From assembly GCF_004010195.1 (NCBI RefSeq), contig NC_057717.1, positions 104,598,937 through 104,662,936 on the forward strand: a DNA stretch of 64,000 nt, written 5' to 3'. A model generated the notes under the pieces. The model was not told where the DNA came from. It did no database searches and worked only from the letters and a program-made list of their open reading frames with translations. The translations under genes and the position numbers were made by a program. Shown one piece after another: positions 37,201 to 50,199 of the stretch; position 1 is the stretch's first letter, and the number at the start of each line of letters is the position of its first letter. Source of the stretch: Chiloscyllium plagiosum (taxonomy: Eukaryota).

Positions 37201-40200
37201 AGTGGCAGACAGCTAGCATATCATTTATTCATTCACCACTGACCAGCATCCCTATTGAGAGAGAAGAGAGAAAGCTATACTGGCTTCAGGTTGTACCCAG
37301 TTGCAGACTGTAAGAAACATAAAAATTGGGTAGAGGAAACAGCAAAGAGGGAGGGCAGTGCCCGAAGCCATGCTACTACACGCCATGCAGTATACAGACA
37401 TCACTATTCCAAAGTTGCCTCTTTCATTTGCAGAGTTGTGCACCTTTGTAACCTCTGCTTCAATACAAGCAAATACTGTTGGATAAATACCAGGGGAGGA
37501 ATGGCAGTTTATGGAATTGCATAGTCCACTGGATGTGTTCCCAGTTTTTTTTGTGGGTTGTTTATCACTGAAGTAATACTGATCTGTTAGAAACAAAACA
37601 TGCACATAACAAGCGACTGGAAACAACTCTAAACTTCCAGCAAACGTCAGGTACAACAAGTTTCATTGAACAGCACTGAAAACCTGACAATGAGTCTCCA
37701 ACTGACACACATATTTGTTCATTAGACTGGTCTCCATTTGAGCAGGTCCATGACTGCGCCACCTGGGGTTTCCTGTGGGGAATGGTTCATCAATTTATCA
37801 ATAATCCAGTTTTATTTCAGTGGGGTGGCACACCCATGTTGCCATAAAATTTAGTCATAAGTAACTCCCCTTTATAAATAAAATTACATTTTGGTTACAA
37901 TAATTTGCTCCTTATATATTTAAGGACATCACAAATGTGCATAAAGTTGTCACTTATAAATGGGAGGATAGGGTAAAATTTGGATCTCTGTTTGATTTTG
38001 GAAGGAAGAGGAAAAAGCAAATAGGTATTCCAAATTACAAATTTAAAATTGATAACTGAATAAAGGCAAAACAAAAAGGTAATGCTAAACCATATTGACA
38101 TTGTCCTGGACATTTTTGAAAAACCAGTGACTTGTAAAATGTGAGTTCTTTGCTGATATTGCAGCCACAATTTACTGATTCACAATGATTCTAGATAGCC
38201 TCTTGCTGTAAACTATTAAAGACAAGATATCACCAGTCTGCAGGATCCAGGCAGCAACATCACTCCCTTGCTCTTAAAATCAACATACTTTATACACTGA
38301 AACAACAGTTGGTAGTCAGATCAAACTAACAGCTACTGGTAGTTTCACATCAACACGCTGTGCCCAGACAGAATTTGTCATGCTGGAATTCACTTTGATA
38401 GAAGTTACCATTATATATTTAACAAGACAGTATTCCCTTTCCCAGCTTCCAAGAATACATAAAAGACAAGGATATTTTCATTGATTATATCACCCTTTCC
38501 TAGTGTTTGTTTTTACATAATATATAACCTGAGTACTCATACAAACTTTATACCAGAAGCTGCAAATGACCGAAAATAATTGCTCTCAAATTTTGCACTT
38601 ACATGAAAATAGGAGGATGTAGTTGAGGGGATAAGGATCACTTTCAATTATTCAATGTCCACCTCTTTCAGCTCTCAACAAAAAAAAAGCACCAAACAGA
38701 ACCCATCCTACTGCTAGATTCCTAATGAATACTAGTCCATTCTCAGTCTAATTCAGTTGCAAGGACCCAAATCCAGGGATCCAGATCCGAAAGCCAAATC
38801 ACAGAGCAAGTTGCCAGAATGTTCAGTGAACAAGTTGGTCACCAAATTCTGCCACCTTAACAAATATATTGCATTTCATTAACCAAAGTTTGTTTCCATT
38901 AGTTATAGTGACACAGTAAGCATATCAATTTGAAGATTGTCTGAGTATCTGTATGTAAAACTAAAATTAAGAAAAATCATTACAAAGTGATTAGCAGATC
39001 AACCATGGTATTGCTCACAGATAGTGTGAAATCTGGAGCAAGGAGTCAACACTTAGTTACAAAGCTGGAATCACATGATCAATCTGGTCTTTCTCTAAAA
39101 GGCCACAGTTCAGCTACCTGCTAGATGAGAGCAGTCTAACAGAAGGCAGAGGCAAATTATTACAAGAAACTTTACTACACTGGTAATTGTTCATAAAATA
39201 TCCCATGCTTAGCTTTGGGGAGAGGCCAAATTAACAAAGTCTGAAAAGCCAGATTTAAAGATTGATATTCCTTTTATTTCCAAATAAATTTGATTTTGTG
39301 AATCAGTTTATGATGGGTATAGTAACTGCTTCTTCAAGAAGAATCTTCACAAGACTGAATGGATGTCAGAATTCAATTTCAACAACATCATGACTAAAGA
39401 AATTCAGATTACGGTAAGACAAATGATCCTGTGAGCTAGGAAAGAGAATACCAAGTCCCACATAAATAATTTTCCTGAGAAGCCTGTGTATTTGCAGAGG
39501 GTGGAGCAGAGACATGGAGCATTGAGATAAATAGGAAGAAGAAAGGTAGGCAAAGCTTCTTTTTAATAATAACATGGGGCTAAAATAAAAACACTTTGAT
39601 ACATTTAGATTTTACTTTAGCCTAGGAACCAGAGATTTACTGATTTTACTGATCTTCACCCACAGGCTTCTCCTGCCTCGTTGTATAGTGTATTCATCCA
39701 GTAACTAAGAGCTAACTATTGAGAAGCTTACAGCCTTTTACACTAAATTATATTCCATTAAATTTATTCTCTTCCTGTGCTGAAAGTGCCAATTCATATT
39801 ATCATTTAGTTCCACTGACACTGGCAGTTTAATTATATTCTTCACCAAGTAATTAGTTTTCACAGAATTTAGTCTACAGTGAGTGGGAATAGACTAGGGT
39901 TCAGAGAGGTTTGCACAGCTGATCTTGAACAGTGATTTCACTATACATCTATACACACACACAAACTACAGCTGGATAACTATCAAGAACTGAACTGCAG
40001 CTGATTTATTTTTGCTGTCTTTCAGCCAGGGATCCAATGGTTTCACACCTACCATACTGCCCACTGCTTGGGTCAGCTAACTGAGGGAAGATTGAGGAGA
40101 GACTAGTTTCATTTTGGTCTGGACATTGTATTAATTCATCAATCTACCCTGGCCTCTATCAAATCTGCTTTGTCATGACTGAAGTTACAGTACAAGGTCA

Positions 40201-43200
40201 CTGTGTACTCACTATTCTACATAGAGATGGGTAACTGATAAAATAATTAGTGCAACCGTCTCTGTCAGCATATAGTCTACATGGGTAGTGATACATGGAT
40301 GGTGTTGCAGATACCCACCACCTCATGCCACAGCAATGGGAAATCCTTCAATTACTCCAGGTGATTGGCCTTGTTGCCCAGGTAAGACCAGGCAGTTCAG
40401 GAAATTGTGTATCGACGCAGCATTGCACGGAATCATAGGGCACAGGATTGTTGTTCGGAGAAGTTGAAAAATAGATGACTGGACAGAGCACTTTGCAGCA
40501 GCCTATTTATACTAAACTATACTCTATTCCAATTCTTCAATTTACTGCCAAAGAGAATGTCTGAGATTAAAATAAATATTCTTCCCCTTTAATTAACAGA
40601 ATTAATAAATCAGAATGGACATTTATTAATGTAGCGTCACCACAATAAGAACTGGTTAATTAAGTGGGACTTTTCAATGAGGGTACGCATTAAACACCAT
40701 CACTTCAGCAAACGGTATTCACAGTTTAGGATTATGTAGCCTGTAAAACAGGTGCTATCCAATGGTGAATTAAAAGCTGCATGCATGAAATCTTATGGCC
40801 TCAAGGTCATCTCACTCAGATAGGCTAATGCAAATCAAAATGTGTGACAGAAGCACAAGGAACATGGTCCTGTATTATTCCTGTAACCCACACAAACATC
40901 TGTCATCGAGAATCTTACAGCTCTGTTTGTAAATATGTAGCAAGATTGATCTTATCTATGATCATCACTTAATTGGTACAGCAGTAATGAAACTGATGTT
41001 GTCAACAGTTTGATTTTTCTTCTCCAGTAATGTGTCCTCAAACAGAAGAATTTCAAGGGTGGGGGAAATGTTTATTTAAAAAAAAAATCTTACAGGGGAA
41101 GGATGAAAATGCATTGACTTCTGACTGTGCCAATTGTCATATCTCTGCTGCTCGACTGAAGGAACTGACTGCTGGTTTAAGACTCAGTGGAATGCCAGTC
41201 ACCTTGAGTAATCCAAGTGGTGCTGCAGGCTATCTGATTGTGGGACTTGTCAGACCAGAGCACAATCCTCTCCTCACCTTCAGGAATTAGTGTCTGCCAT
41301 AGTGATCAGGTATGTAATCTGAGTTAGATTACCCTTTCTTCAACCATGGACCATAAGGCCAAGTATAACATCTCAGCTGCCAGCCAGAGTAATTGTATAG
41401 CTCAGTATGCACCAGTGTATTGAACCTGATACTGTTCTGCAGTAAGGTGCAACTCCTCACTGAGTCTCCAGCAAGTCATCAGACATACTGAATAACCTCA
41501 CTTATTCAGACTGTGGGAAGAAATAACAGTACATATAAAATTTGGGCTCAGTGTCACATTCTCTGGACTCACAAAATTGCATAATTATTCTAAACTGCCT
41601 AAACTCACTGCGGTACCTGACCTACCTTTATTTATTGTTTGGTGATATCATGTTAAGATAGCAAAAATAAAAGATAATCCTGGAATATTACACTTGAAAT
41701 TAAATAATGATGCGTTGAAAAGAGGTTACTCCATTGGTGAACTGGAGTTAATACAAGAGGTGAGACCACAAATTACATCCATCAGACAAGAATTAGCTCC
41801 TTTAATGTCGTTTTAACATTTCTGTGCTGTTTGAGGTAAGGGATATTTGCACTAAAGACAGATAAGGACACTCCTGAACTTTTCAGTCATTGTCAATATC
41901 AAGTAAATCCAGTTTAATGCACACGAGATGCAGAATAATAACTAAGGAAGAGTGTTGCTGCTTGCATCAGTTTGATTCTTTTTGGTTTTGTATACTGGTA
42001 ACCAATATGATCTCTGAATAGGATTATAATGATTACATAATATTAGACAATTATATCTTTAATAGTGAGAAATTTAGTTCAAACTTTCTGCAAATTTCAA
42101 TTTACTGAGCAGATTAAGGAGACTTTTAACCACTTAGACTAGGCTACATTTAGTCTTTGGTCCCAGAGGTTAAATAGCACTGTTCTGAATGACTGCTGGG
42201 TGTGCCACTCAATCTAGCAAAGTGACCGTTGGGTATCACAGCATAATTTAGTGTATAAGGCAGCCACTCAGCAGTGTAACAGTTTGTGAAGCATCACTGA
42301 GGATACATATAGCAGGGAGCCTGTACTTAAACCATGGTTCAATCCTGAACCTTTTTTGACTTATTAAACCATTTACACAGTCAGCATTCAGATTTTCTCT
42401 AACAACAACATTCTACAGTGACAAATAGTTAGACGCTACCTTCATTAACACAAATAATATTTAAAATGAGAGACTGTGAAAAGAGTAGCACACAAGAACC
42501 CTCAGTACAATCACAGTTCTTTATAACAGCAGAATCTGTTGCCTTTGTTGATTCCATTCTCCAGCTGAAATTCATTTTCACCAAGAATACTGCTGATGTT
42601 ATTATGTGTTTGCGATGCCAATATCAGATGATTGTAGGGTTGGCATTGAGAGTCAGGAGAGAGCTTATAAACACTTCTTCATTGACTTACAGAAAACATT
42701 GGAGGAAAACATGAGTGAAAAACCTTTATAGTTAATGGAGGTGCAGCAGTGAATGCATGCAGGGAAGTAATAGCAAAACACTACAAGCTTGGATTGGCCT
42801 AACCACCTGTTGGCAAAACAGGTCATTTAAAGTCTTCCACTTCAGCAAAACACATGTTCATCCACTGGTACTCAAAGACAGAATATGTGAATTATATTTC
42901 ATCACAATACACTTATATGACACATGTAACTATTCCATATTTGCATATTAGGCTTGCAACAATCCCTAGCATTACTTTTCAGTCACTGCATCATGTATTC
43001 CAGCCACATTTGTCAGCATTCATTAGGTGTCACATTACTGAAAATGCAATTAGATGTTTTGACATAAATGTATTAGTATTTCCAATCAATTTAAAAGTGT
43101 TAAAAATATATCAATGTTCCACGCCACTGAGATACTCACACAAGACACTATTGCTAATTTTTCATTTGGACGCAGTCTATCTAGAACAATGCCTGTGATA

Positions 43201-44309
43201 TGATGCATTGACATAGAATAAAATAATTTCAATGTATAAATCTAGTACTGACTTGGTGTATCAGCAAACACTTAACACACTCACATGACATTATTTTAAA
43301 CAAGTTAACACGATTATCAAAATATTGGCAGGGAAGGTCACATGAAAGCATTAGGTGCTTTGATAGCAATATCATCATTAGTCATTTCCAGATTGTTTAC
43401 GAAACAGTCCCTCAATGCATCAGACATAGTGTTACAAAGAATGCCCTCTTATCTTAGGAATACATTCTTCCCCTTCTTTCTTCAGCAGTTGAGCAGAGAG
43501 ATGACAGACAGAGATCAATGAAAATGTTATCAAATAACAAAAGACATATTTTTGAAACGCACCCTCCTTTGTCTCAACTCCAAAGATGTGCTCCAGCCTT
43601 TTGAAAAGTTTGATTGATAATGCCCCTCAGAGACAATGCTACCTAAAACCTTACTAACAGTTACAGTCACATATTACTCTACATTAATCAAAGTTTGGTC
43701 AATTATGAAATCAAATAGTAATTTGAAAACCTTGCAATATGCTTGAGCAGGACAGAACATCATCCTGCCTTAAATTCTTTGACTTAGAAAAGGGACTAAT
43801 TTTGAGTGTTGCCCTTGCCTCGATATTGCTACAGTTTGTGTGTCACTGGATTGCTATTTGTTGCTTGTGGTTAACTGCCGGTGATAAGGTCTGCAAAGTG
43901 ATTTTAAATTTGTAAAATAGCATCAACAGTTATGTAAATATATATTCATTTAAATACAGTTCATTTCACAGCTCTAATTTACTGGATTCACTCCCCTGGT
44001 CAATCATGATCTTTCTCAATGTGAAGTTAGGAGTTTGACACAAATTCAATGTGTTTCTTTCTCCCAAGGTACAATTCATTTGGGAACATTTGTTTTAACT
44101 ACATCATCCATATTTCTAGATGATTGGGGGGTTCCAAAAGAACAGCATTAACTTCCTTGTGTGTAGGGAAACCCATGGTTGATTTCTATGGGTTGGGAAG
44201 GGACATGCTCGAGGGTAATGGGCCAAATTCTCAATATTATATCAAGTGTTCACCAGAGCTAAATTCTGATTGTTTCTGTACTGTCAGTATATGATGCAAG
44301 TTAGACAGA

Positions 44310-44505
44310 ATAAAACCAAAATACTGCGGATGCTGGAAATCTAATATAAACACAGAAAATGCTGGAGAAACTCAGTAGGTCAGGCAGTATCTGTGGAGAG
44401 AGAAACAGAGTTAACATTTCAAGTCCAAAGATTCTTCTTTGGAACTTTCTTTAACTCTGTTTCTCTCTGCACGCTGCTGAGTTTTCCCAATGCTTTTTCT
44501 TTTTA
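44310..44505. mobile_element. Old Penelope-derived fold-back element
   Basis: actgcggatgctgg...gctggagaaactcag...gagagagaaacagagttaa and the inverted ttaactctgtttctctc...ctgagttttccca. Confidence 0.65.
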
Positions 44506-45007
44506 ATATCAGCTGTAAGAAACTTGGCTGTGACTGGACAAATTTATTTAACATCTGGGCCCTACCAGTTTGCAGATAGATGAGACATCCATTACTTCAA
44601 TCTGAACAGAGAAAGGGCTCAGAGGAGAAAAGTTTTTTTTCCTGACCCATATCAGCTAGTGTCCACACATGGCTGATATATACTTGGGGCTTTTTGCTGA
44701 GTGTGCAGTATAAACACTCATTTGTGCAGTTTTAAGTTTGATCTTTACTTAGGTATTCACTTAACACGCCTGACACATTTATGTTTGCAAGAAAAAATAA
44801 CAACTTGAAGCACATGTCTACAGGATGAGCAGGTAAAAGCCAAAGCAGCTCAGTGGATTCAACACATCAGTACAAGGCATAGGACTTCCTCAGACATCCT
44901 CCTACGACTGTCTTTATGACCAGCTATCCCACACCACAGTGCCTGAATCTCTCTCCCATTACTGGCAGAAACTACAAAAGTTTTTAAATTGCATTGCTAG
45001 TTTTGAT

Positions 45008-45098
45008 TCCTGATGAAGGGCTTTTGCCCGAAACGTCGATTTTACTGCTCCTCGGTTGCTGTCTGAACTGCTGTGCTCTTCCAGCACCACTAATCCAG
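45008..45098 (+). mobile_element. Minimal Penelope pseudo-LTR insertion beginning at an intact hammerhead core
   Basis: CTGATGA(45010)-A-GGGC-TTTT-GCCC-GAAA-CGTC(45037). TSD TTGCT(A/G)GTTTTGAT at 44994-45007 and 45099-45112. Confidence 0.85.
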
Positions 45099-45256
45099 TT
45101 GCTGGTTTTGATCTCAACTGTGTTTATTTATGGGTGCAATTTGACACATTACACATGGTAGAGTACAGAGAAAGATAATCTTCATTGGAGAAAAAGATGA
45201 ACAGAGCTTGGGAGGACAATTTGGTTAGTGTCCCTTAGCTCCTCATTCACTTAACA

Positions 45257-48200
45257 TTGACTAATTTAAGGCAGAAATTCAAGGAGCTAGGGTGGAAGCT
45301 TAGAGCTAGGACAAACACAGTTGCTGTCTCTGGTTTGTTGCCCGTGTCATGTGCTAGCGAGGCAAGGAATAGGGACAGAGAGGAGCCGAACACATGGCTA
45401 CAGGGATGGTGCAGGATGGAGGGTTTTGGATTCCTGGATAATTGGGGCTCTTTTTGGGGCAGGTGAGACCTCTACAAACAGGATGGTCTTCGCCTGAACC
45501 AGAGGGGTACCAATACCCTGGGGTGGAAATTTGCTAATGCTCTTCGGGAGGGTTTAAACTAATTCAGCAGGGGGGTGGGAACCCAATTTGTAGTTCAAGT
45601 ATATAGGAGGTTGAGAGTAGTGAGATCCAAAATAAGGTTTCAAGGTCGCAAGACGGCACTGGCAAGCAAGAAGTTGGCTTGAAGAGCGTCTACTTCAATG
45701 CCAGGAGCATCTGGAATAAGATGGGTGAACTTGCAGCATGGGTTTGTACATGGGATTTCTATGTTGTGGCCATTTTGGAGACATGGATAGAGCAGGGACA
45801 GGAATGGTTGTTGCAGGTTCGGGATTTAGATGCTTCAGTAAGAACAGACAAAATGGTAAAGAGGTGGGGTGTGGCATTATTAGTCATGGATAGTATTGCA
45901 GCTGCAGAAAGAATGGTGAGGACTCGTCTATGAAGGTAGTATGGGCTGAGGTTAGATACAGGAAAGGAGAGGTCACCCTTTTGGGAGTCTTCTATCGGCC
46001 TCCGAACAGTTCCAGAGATGTACAGGAAAGGATTCTGGATAGGAGCGAGAGTGACAAGGTAATTGTTATGGAGAACTTTAACTTTCCAAATATTGACTGG
46101 GAATACTATAGTTCAAGCACTTTAGATGGGCCAGTTTTTATGCAATGTGTGCAGGAGGTTTTCCTGACACAGTATATAGACAGGCCAACAAGAGGCAAGG
46201 CCATGATCATATTGAATGGCGGTGCAGGCTCGAAGGGCTGAATGGCCTACTCCTGCACCTATTGTCTATTGTCTATTACATTTGGTATTGGGTAATGAAC
46301 CCGGCCAGGTGTTAGATTTGGTTATATCGACCACAATTTGGTTATGTTTATTTTAGCAATGGAAAGGGACAGGTATATACCGCAGAGCAAGCCTTATAGC
46401 TGGGGGAAAAGCAATTATGATGCGATTAGGCAGGATTTAGGATGAATTGGATGGGGAAGGAAACTGAGGGGATGGGCACAATTGAAATGTGGAGCTTATT
46501 CAAGAAACAGCTACTGTGGGTCCTTGATAAGTATGTACCTGTCAGGCAGAGAGGAAATTGTCGAGTGTGGGAGTGGTGGTTTACTAAGGAAGTTGAATTT
46601 TTTGTCAAGAGGAAGAAGAAGGCTTATGTTAGGATGGGATGTGATGGTTCAGTTAGGGCGCTTGAGAGTTACAAGTTAGTCAGGAAAAACCTGAAGAAAG
46701 AGTTAAGAAAAGCCAGGAGAGGACATGAGATGTCATTGGCAGATAGGATCAAGGAAAACCCTAGGGCTTTCTATTGGTATCTCAGGAATAAAAGAATGAT
46801 TAGAGTAAGGTTAGGGCCAATCAAGGACAGTAGTGCAAATTTGTGCGTGGAGTCAGAGGAGATGGGGGAAGCACTAAATGAATATTTTTTGTCAGTATTC
46901 ACACAAGAAAAAGTCAATGTTGTCGAGGAGAATACTGAGATACAGGCTACTAGACTAGATGGGTTTGAAGTTCACAAGGAGGAGGTGTTAACAATTCTAG
47001 TAAATGTAAAAATAAGTAAGTCCCCTGGGCTGGATGGGATTTATCCTAGGATTCTCTGGGAAGCCAGGGAGGAGATTGTTGAGCCTTTGGCTTTGAACTT
47101 TATGTCGTCATTGTCTACAGGAGTAGTGCCAGAAGACTGGAGGATTGCAAATGTTGTCCCCTTGTTCAAGAAGGGGATTAGAGACAACCCTGGTAATTAT
47201 AGACCAGTGAGCTTTACTTCAGTTGTGGGAACAGTGTTGGAAAGGATTATAAGAGATAGGATTTGTAATAATCTAGAAAGGAATAAGTTGATTAGGGAGA
47301 GTCAACACGGTTTTGTGAAGGGTAGGTCATGTCTCACAAACCTTATTGAGTTCTTTCAGAAGGTGACCAAACAGGTGGATGAAGGTAAAGCGGTTGATGT
47401 GGTGGTATATGGATTTCAGTAAGGAGGTTGATAAGGTTCCCCACAGTAGGTTATTGCAGAAAATACAGAGGCATGGGATTGAGGGTGATTTAGCGGTTTG
47501 GATCAGAAATTGGCTAGCTGAAAGAAGACCGAGGGTAGTGGTTGATGGGAAATGTTCATTCTGGAGTTCAGTTACTCGTGATGTACCACAAGGATCTGTT
47601 TTGGGGCCACTGCTGTTTGTCATTTTTATAAATGACCTAGGTAAGGGTACAGAAGGATGGGTTAGTAAATTTGCGGATGACTCTCAAGTCAGTAGGGTTG
47701 TGGATAGTGCAGAAAGATGTTGTAGGTTACAGAGGGACATAGATAAGCTGCAGAGCTGGGCTAAGGGGTGACAAATGGAGTTTAATGTGGAAAAATGTGA
47801 GGTGATTCACTTTGGAAGGAGTAAAAGGAATGTAGAGTATTGGGCTAAGGTAAGATTCTTGATAGGGTAGATGAGCAGAGAGATCTCGGTGTCCATGTAC
47901 ATAGATCCCTGAAAGTTGCCACCCAGGTTGATAGGGTTGTTAACAATCCATACAATATATTAGCTTTTATTAGTAGAGGGATTAAGTTTCGGAGCCATGA
48001 GGTCATGCTACAGCTGTACAAAACTCTCGTGTGACCACATTTGGAGTATTGTGTACAGTTCTGGTCACTGCATTATAGGAAGGGTGTGGAAGCTTTGGAA
48101 AGAAACCAGAGGAGATTTACTAGGATGTTGCCTGGTATGGAGGGAAGGTGTTATGATGAAAGGCTGAAGGACTTGTGGCTGTTTTCCTTGGAGAGTAGAA

Positions 48201-48553
48201 GGTTGAGAGGTGACTTAATTGAGACATATAAGATAATCAGAGGGTTAGATAGGTGGACAGTGAGAACCTTTTTCCTCTGATGGTAATGTCTAGCATGAGG
48301 GGACATAACTTTAAATTGAGGGGTGATAAATATAGGACAGATGTTAGCGGTTGTTTCTTTACTCAGAGGACTGTGTGGACTGCATTGCCTGCAACAGTAG
48401 TAGACTCGCCAACTTTAAGGGCATTTAAATGGTCATTGGATAAACATATGGATGAAAATGGAATAGTATAGGTTAGACGGGCTTCAGATTGTTTCCACAG
48501 GTCGGCGCACCATCAAGGGCTGAAGGGCCTATACTGCGCTGTAATGTTCTATG
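45257..48553 (+). mobile_element. Near-complete but disabled CR1 LINE (ORF1 esterase-like tail, ORF2 endonuclease and RT, 3' UTR)
   Basis: ORF1 end (SGLLPV...WLQGWCR..GFGFLDNW...LYKQDGLRLN), APE motifs (YFNARSI.NK, GVFYRPPN, NFNFPNIDW) and RT motifs (KSPGLDGIYPRIL, GNYRPVS, QHGF, PQGSVLGP, FADD). Multiple stops and frameshifts. Another LINE tail is inserted at ~46201-46277. Confidence 0.93.
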
Positions 48554-48864
48554 AACAATAAAAAACAGCATTAGGAGAAGTCAGCTAATAATTAGGAGGA
48601 TTAGTACATGACATGAAGAGCAGAGTTAAAAAAAAACAGGTCTGGGGCCATATTTGTGATTGAAAATATTCTGGGGAAATTGATGGTTCTATTCATAACT
48701 ATTCATAATGTGCAATCAGAATATTTGATTTCCCAGTTTTTAAAAATCTTTGTGTAATAATCTCAATTCACTTGGACTTGATCAAGTCAAATTACTTTGT
48801 ACTATTTCCTCTGAGTATGCTTATTAATGGCAACATGACAAATAGTTAAAAAATATTTGTTAAA

Positions 48865-50160
48865 TGTGTATTCACGATAGAAGGCTATGACTAGTGAAAT
48901 GCTACAAGTGTGTTTACAATCTACATTAATTAATTAGACAATCAGACAGAATAATCAATCTAAGTTTGTCGACAATACCAGGTTAGGCGGAATGCTACAT
49001 AGCGTCTACAATAAGACACAGACAGGTTAAGTGAGCTGGGAACAAGATGACAGACACAGTATAATGCAGGGAAGTGCAAGGACACTTAATTTGGTTGTTG
49101 GAGTAAAAAAGCAAACTTTTGACCAGTGTGAAATTTGTAAATGTTAATGTTCAGAGAAAGTTGAGTATACTCATACAAGGACCGTGGAAAGTTAGAACAC
49201 AGGCACAGCAGGGGATTAGGAAAGCAAGTGGCATGTTGGCTTTTATTGCAAGGGGATTGGAAGATAAGAATAAAAGAATACTAGATTTACTGGACTGATT
49301 CTGAGGATGGTGAGACTGACTATGAGAACAGATTGATTAGGTTAGGACCATTTTCACTGGAGTTCAGATGAGTGAGGGGGGACACTCATAGAGACTTATA
49401 AAATTCTAGATGTGAAGAGGATTTTCCCGATGGTGGGTGCATCCAGAACCAGGGGTCACACTCTGAGGATTCAGGTTAGACCATTTAGGACGGAGATGAG
49501 GAGACATTTCTTTACCCAAAGAGTAGTGGGCCTGTGGAATTCATTACCACAGGAAGCAGGTGATGCCAAAACATTGGATGTATTCAAGGAGCAGCTAGAT
49601 AGAGTACTTGGGGTGAATGGGATCAAAGATTATGGGAGAAAGCAGGGTTAGGCTATTGGGTTGGACAGTCAACCATGACCGTGATGATTGGCAGAGCAGG
49701 CTCGAAGGGCCGAATGGCCTGCTCCTATCTTCTATGTTTCAATGGAGGGTAATAGGAGAGTCCTATGATGAGGTGTGGCATAAATTGGATTCATATTCCA
49801 TGGAGTTTAGAAGAATGAGAGTTAATATCATTGAAACATTCAAGATTATAAAGGGGGCTTGACAGGATGGATGCTGAGAGCTGTTCCCTCTCCTGGGGAA
49901 CCTCAAACAAATGGGCACAGTTGAGAATAAGAAATCGAGCATTTAGAACTGATGAGAAATTTCTTCACTCAAATGCTTGTGAATCTTTGGAGCTCTCTAC
50001 ACCAGAGGTTTTTGGATAAGCCATCACATACTTAGCACCAAAGTAAACAGAAGTTTGGTCTTTCGGGGTATCATGAAATATGGGGAGCAGGCGTGAAGTG
50101 TAGTTGTTCAAGTGCAATTGTGACCAGTCTCAATTGTTTAGAATGGCAGGTTCAATGGCT
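48865..50160 (+). mobile_element. Nested, highly decayed CR1/L2 fragments
   Basis: RTRGHTLRIQ...RRHFFTQRVVGLWNSLP at 49412-49651, plus a second C-terminal remnant at 49760-50150. Confidence 0.75.
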
Positions 50161-50199
50161 AAATATTCTACGTATTTATCAAAATGGTGTAATCCCACT

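Noticed and set aside
46442..47422. 326-aa ORF as an active LINE or domesticated gene
   Set aside because: Piece of a CR1 ORF2 with stops and frameshifts on both sides.
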